64,000 nt of DNA from Octopus vulgaris (lineage: Eukaryota). The DNA lies in the NCBI GenBank assembly GCA_951406725.2, contig OX597824.1, positions 29,202,001-29,266,000 of the forward strand, in the 5' to 3' direction. The position numbers were made by a program, and so were the translations under genes. Within the stretch, counting starts at the first letter, position 1; each line of letters starts with the position of its first letter. This document shows positions 57,086 through 64,000 of the stretch, in pieces. Under the pieces are notes generated by a model that was not told where the DNA came from, did not search any database, and was given only the letters and a program-made list of their open reading frames with translations.

Positions 57086-57814
57086 ATCTGTCCGTCTGTC
57101 TGTCTATCCACCCATCTATCTTACTGTCTGTCTGTCTGTTCATCTATCAATCTGCATATACACTTATATAGAGAAAACAAGGAGAAGGAAATGGAGAATA
57201 AATGGATATAATTACTGATGTTATAAAAAGATGAATGTTTTTTGAAAATCATTTTTTGTAGACAGTTAAAGCGAAGTTGGTAGAATTCCCGTATTCTCAG
57301 TTTGCTCTTATTCTAACAACATCAACTCCTCCTTGGATAATCCGTTATAATGAGACGCTAGCAATTCAACTACATCATATTTGTTGGAATTCAGATGTTA
57401 TGTTACTGAGTTACCAGACGAATTGGGATAGGAATGTTACAGCTAACATATTTCTTGTTCAGAAGTGAGTGACGATACTTGTAGTAACTACCCTTGAACA
57501 CTTTCTTTTTTTTTTACCTTTTGCAGAGTGTTCCGTGTAATTTCATTGAATACCGTCCGTCGAAGTTAGGGATGCTTGATATACAATAGTTTTGGAAAGA
57601 CAGGAAGAGGAATATGACAGTACATTTTGGCACTTGTGTTGGGGAGTGTGTAGTAGTATATTCTTGGTGTAGTACGGGATCTACAAAGCAATATCTTTCT
57701 GGGCAGGAATAACTGATCTTAACGTTGTGTGTTTGTGTAAAGAAGTTTATTATATTTATATGCCAGCGGAAAATATCGTCTTACTTGAAGTAGAAAGCTT
57801 CTAACTACATTAGA

Positions 57815-58026
57815 GGTAATATGGTAAAAAGTTTGATTCTCAACCACATGGTTCCGGGTTCAGTCCCACCACATGGTACCTTGGTCAAGTGTCTGCAACT
57901 ACAGCTTCGGGAAGAAGCCTTTGTGAGTGAATTTATTTAATGGAGCCTGAAAGTTTGTAGCGTACAAACATACATACATATATACATCCATTCATCCATC
58001 CATCCGCCCATCCATCCACCCATATA

Positions 58027-58060
<34 letters not shown>

Positions 58061-58295
58061 GTGTGTATGTCTGTGTGTGTTTGGTTTTTTGTGTCTGTGT
58101 TTGTCCTTCAACAGCACTTACTAAGTGGTGTTAGTGTACTTACGTCCTCGTAACTTAATGGTTGGCAATAGATGCCGGTAACATAAGTACCAGTCTAAAA
58201 TCGAAAATGAGTCCCGGGGTCGATTCATTCGACTTTAAAATTCTTCAGAGCGGTGCCCCAGCATAGCAGGAGTCTAATGACTGAAACAGCTAAAA
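57815..58295 (+). mobile_element. SINE family B (decayed)
   Basis: CAACCACATGGTTCCGGGTTCAGTCCCAC head and ATGACTGAAACA tail. Confidence 0.8.
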
Positions 58296-59484
58296 AATAA
58301 ATGTTAATGAAATAAGGTTAATTTCTCCTCTGGGTTTTGCTCTAGTGTGCTGAGAATATTCATAGTCTTTTGGCTTTCCAATGAAGACTTTTTCAACCGG
58401 TGCACCGTTAGGGTAAAGGGGCCTTGTTACAGTACCTCATCTGATGTGAGGTGAAAGATTCTAGTTATCCCAATTGCTGCATTTCTGATTATGTCTGCCG
58501 GGGGACATATCATGCTATCCGTGCTCGGATTGGCTCTATCTTGAAATAATAATTATCTACAATGGATTCTGGAGTAACATCATTGGGTAATTCGAATCCC
58601 TCAAATATACCTATGAAATTCCTACTGAAGCTGTCCATGGTCTGGCACTTCATATAATGTAAGATTGCTACGCCACAATTTCTGTACTATTCAGAGTTCT
58701 GAGAGATGCTGGGTTTTCCTGTTGTTATCCAAGGGACACAATCTCAGGAGCGTGGATTCCCAAGCAACATCGAAGTGAAACGGTTTGAATAACCAAACTT
58801 TCTCTATAAACGCATTTTATATACAGCACACATAGATGACACTTGCAGTACATTTGTAAATATAAACACTGACACACTCATTCACGAACACAATTATATT
58901 TACAAACACAGTGTTATATGCACATATATACGATACAAATAAACGTATACAAAATACACAAATATAATTTACATCATTCTCATTTTATACATACATACAT
59001 ATCTACATATATGTATGTAATTATGCATGTATATATATATATATGTGTGTGTGTATCTGCGTATATGTGTGTATATATATGTATACACACACACAGCACA
59101 CATATAATTGCTCTTTTGAATAGAAGGAGGCGCCACATAACACTTTATGAAATAAGAAATTGTGATGGCGTTCATCCATTTCCAAATAAATTTTCCTCTC
59201 AATTCTACCATATTAAATTCAATGGCCGTTCTACTGATGTTGCGATATCTCATTCACACGAGACTTATGTTACAACAGAAACACAGCTATTTAATGAACC
59301 GTGAAAATAGACGAAACTCAAAACACGGGTCGTTTATTCAACAGACTAGTTTGATATTGCAGCCGTTAACGAGGGAGGGTGGGATCGCTTTAATTATATC
59401 TCATCGTAGGCGGATAATAATGTTGACATAGGTATATTAGTGCTGCACTAGCAAGGTCGGGTCTCGCATCAAAGAACGTATAGG

Positions 59485-59499
59485 ACATACATACATGTG

Positions 59500-59567
<68 letters not shown>

Positions 59568-59679
59568 ATATATATATGTGTGTGCGTGTGTGTGTGTATG
59601 TGTGTATGTGTATATACGTATAAATATGTATATATATGTGTGTGTGTCTATCTATCTATCTATCTATCAATCTATCTAT

Positions 59680-59751
<72 letters not shown>

Positions 59752-59872
59752 ACATACATACATACATACATACATACATACATGCATGCATGCACACACA
59801 CACATATAGATAGATAGAGATAGAAAGATTAAAGGGGAGGAGATAGGTAGATAGATAGGTAGATAGATAGAT

Positions 59873-59904
<32 letters not shown>

Positions 59905-59948
59905 TAAAGTGGGAGAGATAGATAGATTGATAACTACATAGATAGACT

Positions 59949-59988
<40 letters not shown>

Positions 59989-60006
59989 CATACATACATA
60001 CATACA

Positions 60007-60040
<34 letters not shown>

Positions 60041-60380
60041 CATACATACATGAATACATACATGCATACATATAAAGTGGGAGTGATAAGTAGATTGATA
60101 ACTAGATAGATAGAATGATATATAGATATAAAGTGGGAGAGATAGACAGATTGATAACTAGATAAATAGAATGATAGGTAGATAGATATATAGCTTGAGA
60201 GGTAGTTGTATAGATAGAGAGATTTATGGATAGAGAGGTATGTATATGTACATGTATATGTGTGTATGTGTGTTTGTATTTATATACGTATATATGGAGG
60301 AGTGTGTGATAGAGAGAGAGAGAGGGAGAGAGAGAGAAAATGTGTTTGCATGTTTGTATGTATGCGGGTGTTTAATCGTG
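59485..60380. repeat. (TA)/(TG)/(TCTA)/(GATA)/(TACA) compound microsatellite
   Basis: Directly visible. Confidence 0.95.
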
Positions 60381-60593
60381 TGTATGTATGTCTGTGTGTA
60401 ATTCTGTGTATTTCTAAAAGACAGATTTCATTATATATATGTATGTGTATAGAAATAATATATACACATAAAAACATCTTTGTTATCCAGCATATCATAT
60501 GTATAATGCATATATATTACATATTCAGGTTACATCTCTCTTTCTCTCTCTCTCTCTCCATACGAGCAGAGTTATGTGTGTGTGTGTGTACGC

Positions 60594-60643
<50 letters not shown>

Positions 60644-61565
60644 ATACACACAAACTTATGCGCAAATATGAATATAAATATCGAACATATAAACGTGCGC
60701 GCGCACTCATACACAGACACACACACACAACAGTGTACAAATTTAATTGGTGGAGTGACTTGGGAGAAAAGAAAAATAAGATAAAAAGCAAAAACAAAAT
60801 AGAAAATACATAAAACATATCAAAAAGATAAACATGTTGAATGAAATAATTGAAAGAAAGTATGTATTATGTTAAGAAGTAAACGTATTTTAGTTACAAG
60901 GCAAAATAAACAGACACATTCATCTGATATTCTTATTAGTCAAGACATTATAATGAATAGTAACAGAAAGGAATAGTGGTTAGTGCTTTGTGGCGAGTGA
61001 AGGACTTTGGTAAGTCACAAAGTTGAATGCAAGCTATAGAACTAAAGAAATGGAATATGTTTACGTTTGGATTTCAAAATGTAGGTTTCGTTTCAAGCGC
61101 AATTGTGCAAATTACAATGGCACCCTCAATGTAATTATTTCTTGGGTTTTAGAACCGAGATATTTGAAAAGCTTTTGTGAAGCCCATTTTACTGGATCAA
61201 ATAAATATTGGTGCCAGCCACGCGCGAGTATGCAAGTATTCATTTATTAATCTATGTGTGGGTGCACGTATATATGCACACACATACACACACACTCAAA
61301 TACACTCACACACAAACACACACACATCGTAAAGAAGAATGGGAAATTATATATCTTCAAAATTTGTTTATTACAGTATTATTCACATTAAATTCGCATT
61401 AGATTCCAGTCCGACACGTGTTTCTGCGACTTTGCTATTAAGTGTTGTATGGTGTAATTGTTCATCTTAAACAAGTCTGTTCCCTCTTATTCGATGTAGT
61501 TAGCTAGATGTCAATCATATCAGAGTGCTAATAAGGTACATACCCTAATTCAAAATTTCTATACC

Positions 61566-61830
61566 ACAGGCGTGGCTGTGTGGTAAGAAACTTGCTTCTC
61601 AAACACATTGTTCTGGGTTTAATCCCACTTCGTGACACCTTGGGCAAGTGTCTTCTACTATAGCCTCGGGTCAACCATCGCCTTGTGAGTGTATTTGGTA
61701 GTTAGGAACTGAAAGAAGCCCATCGTACGTGTATGTGTGTGTGTGTGTGCGTATGTATTTATGTATGCTCGTCTTTGTATCTGTGTTTGTCCCCCACGCC
61801 CGCCATCACTTGACAATCGATGTTGGTGCA
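61566..61830 (+). mobile_element. SINE family B, 3'-truncated
   Basis: Head and CORE-like motif. Confidence 0.8.
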
Positions 61831-61889
61831 TTCTCCCTATGGCAGAATATATGTATAATTAAACTGTTGAATCTATTTGAAATTCCCCT

Positions 61890-61965
<76 letters not shown>

Positions 61966-62649
61966 AATGTATATCATGGGAACAGTGTATATCAAGGGAA
62001 CAAGACATTTTGTAATGAACGTCATTAGCTTATACCTGTTTCTGCTATAAGATGCAATGCGCTCATAGTTCAGTGCATGTATATCACGTTATGGCTTCGT
62101 CAGAACTTCGATAAGGAAGTGCAATTTTTTTTGGGTAGTATTTATGTCAATGGAAAACATCAACAAAATCTTGAATCAAATTTGAAGGTAAAATGCTATA
62201 GTTAGATTAACCAAGATATTATATATTTTATTTTAATAATCCCTTTAAATATAGTTTATACATAATCTACATTAATAAAAGCGAAATTCTGTCAGTCCGT
62301 CTGAGACCCCTGTATCTCAGTCTACATGTGCTCTACATAGACATATTATATCTTTTTAGAATCAGGATGATCCCAGGATTGGAAATCTGCCATTCATCTG
62401 GTTCTTGAACATACAGCATTGGGATCTGATTTAAAAGTATTTGAGTTGCTGTTTCTAGCAGCTAAAGCTTGGCTAATTCACGCCATCCTGGTTGGCATTT
62501 GTCAGATGACGTCAGAGATCAAGGAGGATATAATTGATATTTGCTTCGTTAATTTTCCGTCGAAGTAAGAACTTTGGGATATATTGGCCAACAGTTGGAA
62601 TTCAACTTGGGATTGGAACAATAGAATGACTGCGCTACCGAATTAGTTC

Positions 62650-62879
62650 CCATTTTTTTTATTGCCCCAAAAGGGCTTAACATAAATGGGAAAAACAAGG
62701 ACAGACAAAGGGATTAAGTCGATTATATCGACCCTAGTGCATAACTGCTACTTAATTTATCGACCCTGAAATGATGAAAGTCGACCTTGGCGGAATTTGA
62801 ACTCAGAACGTAAAGAGAGACGAAATACTGCTAAGCATTTCATCCGGCGTGCTAACGTTTCTGCCAAGTTCGCCGCCTT
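62650..62879 (-). mobile_element. SINE family A monomer
   Basis: Family motifs; decayed TSD CCGAATTAGTTCCCA/CCGAATTAATTCTCA. Confidence 0.85.
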
Positions 62880-63381
62880 CCGAATTAATTCTCAACCGTC
62901 CTCAACCTCTGATCAAACACCACCGGGGAATATAGTCATTATAGACTATTATTGTCATGCTATTTAACTGTCCTAAATTTTGGGACGTACGGAGTGCGGC
63001 TTTTAAGCTAATTAACTCTAAAATTCTTTATCGGCCGTTGATTTCCTACGGTTACCTAGAAGTGATATTAATAGTAATTATGTTAATCTACAATATACTG
63101 CTAGGTAATATTGTTTTATGGCTGCTAAGTTCATTCGAACTTTAGGTAAGCCGATCTTTTGGCAGGTTTGTGATTCAATATTTTGCCGACGGTACACACG
63201 AGAGTGCTACGTATCTGGTTCCTAAGAAATCAGTATCAAGGTAAGACTATATGCCCCGCACTCTTAAGCGAAATAAATCATTTTCGGTTGTTTTTCTACG
63301 AAAGAAATTACAATTGCAGCCAAATATCCACATGCATAACACACTCACACAAACACTCACTCACACGTTAACAACCAACCA

Positions 63382-63418
<37 letters not shown>

Positions 63419-64000
63419 CACAAGCACAAACACACATACACACGCATACACGCACACATGCACAATAGTGAAAGAGCTGGTTTCTAACCTAGATCCAAGG
63501 CTATTTCACTGGAATTTCAACAACATCAAAAGTATTTTTGCATGCATATATGTATATGAGCAGTATATGGAGTCAACGCATGCGCTGATTGGTATGTTTT
63601 GTTCTATGCATGTGTTCCCATACCTACTGTTGCATGTCTAGACAAGGGCACATATACTTAAATAATAAACTTCTGGGAAGTTTTGTATGTGTGTTTGTAT
63701 GTATGTATGTATGTATGTATATATGTATGCATGTGTGTTATTCAGTTTATATCAACATTTCTTGCAATAGAGAAAGAACCGGTTCCTAACCTAGATCCAA
63801 GGCTCCTTCATTGGAATTTCAGCATCAACAACAGGGTATGTATGTATGCATGTACGTATGCATGTATGTATGTATGTATGTATGTATGTATGTATGTATG
63901 TATGTATGTATGCATGTATGCATGCATGTATGTATGTATGTATGTATGTATGTATGTATGTATGTATGCATGTTTGTATGTAAGGGTTGTGCACTGGCAG

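Noticed and set aside
62266-62410. Helitron-like 5' start (A|TCTACATTAATAAAAGCGAAATTCTGTC)
   Set aside because: No 3' hairpin or CTRR end identified.

Overview
AT-rich, microsatellite-saturated eukaryotic non-coding DNA (intergenic or deep intronic). It is most likely a coleoid cephalopod (Octopus-like); this is inferred from the SINE families and simple-repeat density, not from a search. I find no supportable host protein-coding exon, and most of the ORF track is translation of microsatellites or SINEs. The recognisable content is mobile DNA: at least four tRNA-derived SINE families (dozens of copies, some as stereotyped multimers); two mariner relics; a near full-length dead Tc1-like element with DD36E spacing; a non-autonomous Helitron; a MITE with an 8-bp TSD and internal (CCCTAA)n; RTE and R4/Dong LINE relics; a Tx1/L1-like ORF1 5' end; and a defined ~555-bp element found only in (TAA)n. 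The strongest signal is a spacer-free ~490-bp palindrome (43374-43866) whose + arm holds an apparently complete type I hammerhead ribozyme, probably a Penelope-like element end. Further foldback or minimal-hammerhead relics lie at ~17.9, 25.9, 32.1 and 37.0 kb. All family names come from motif recognition by eye.
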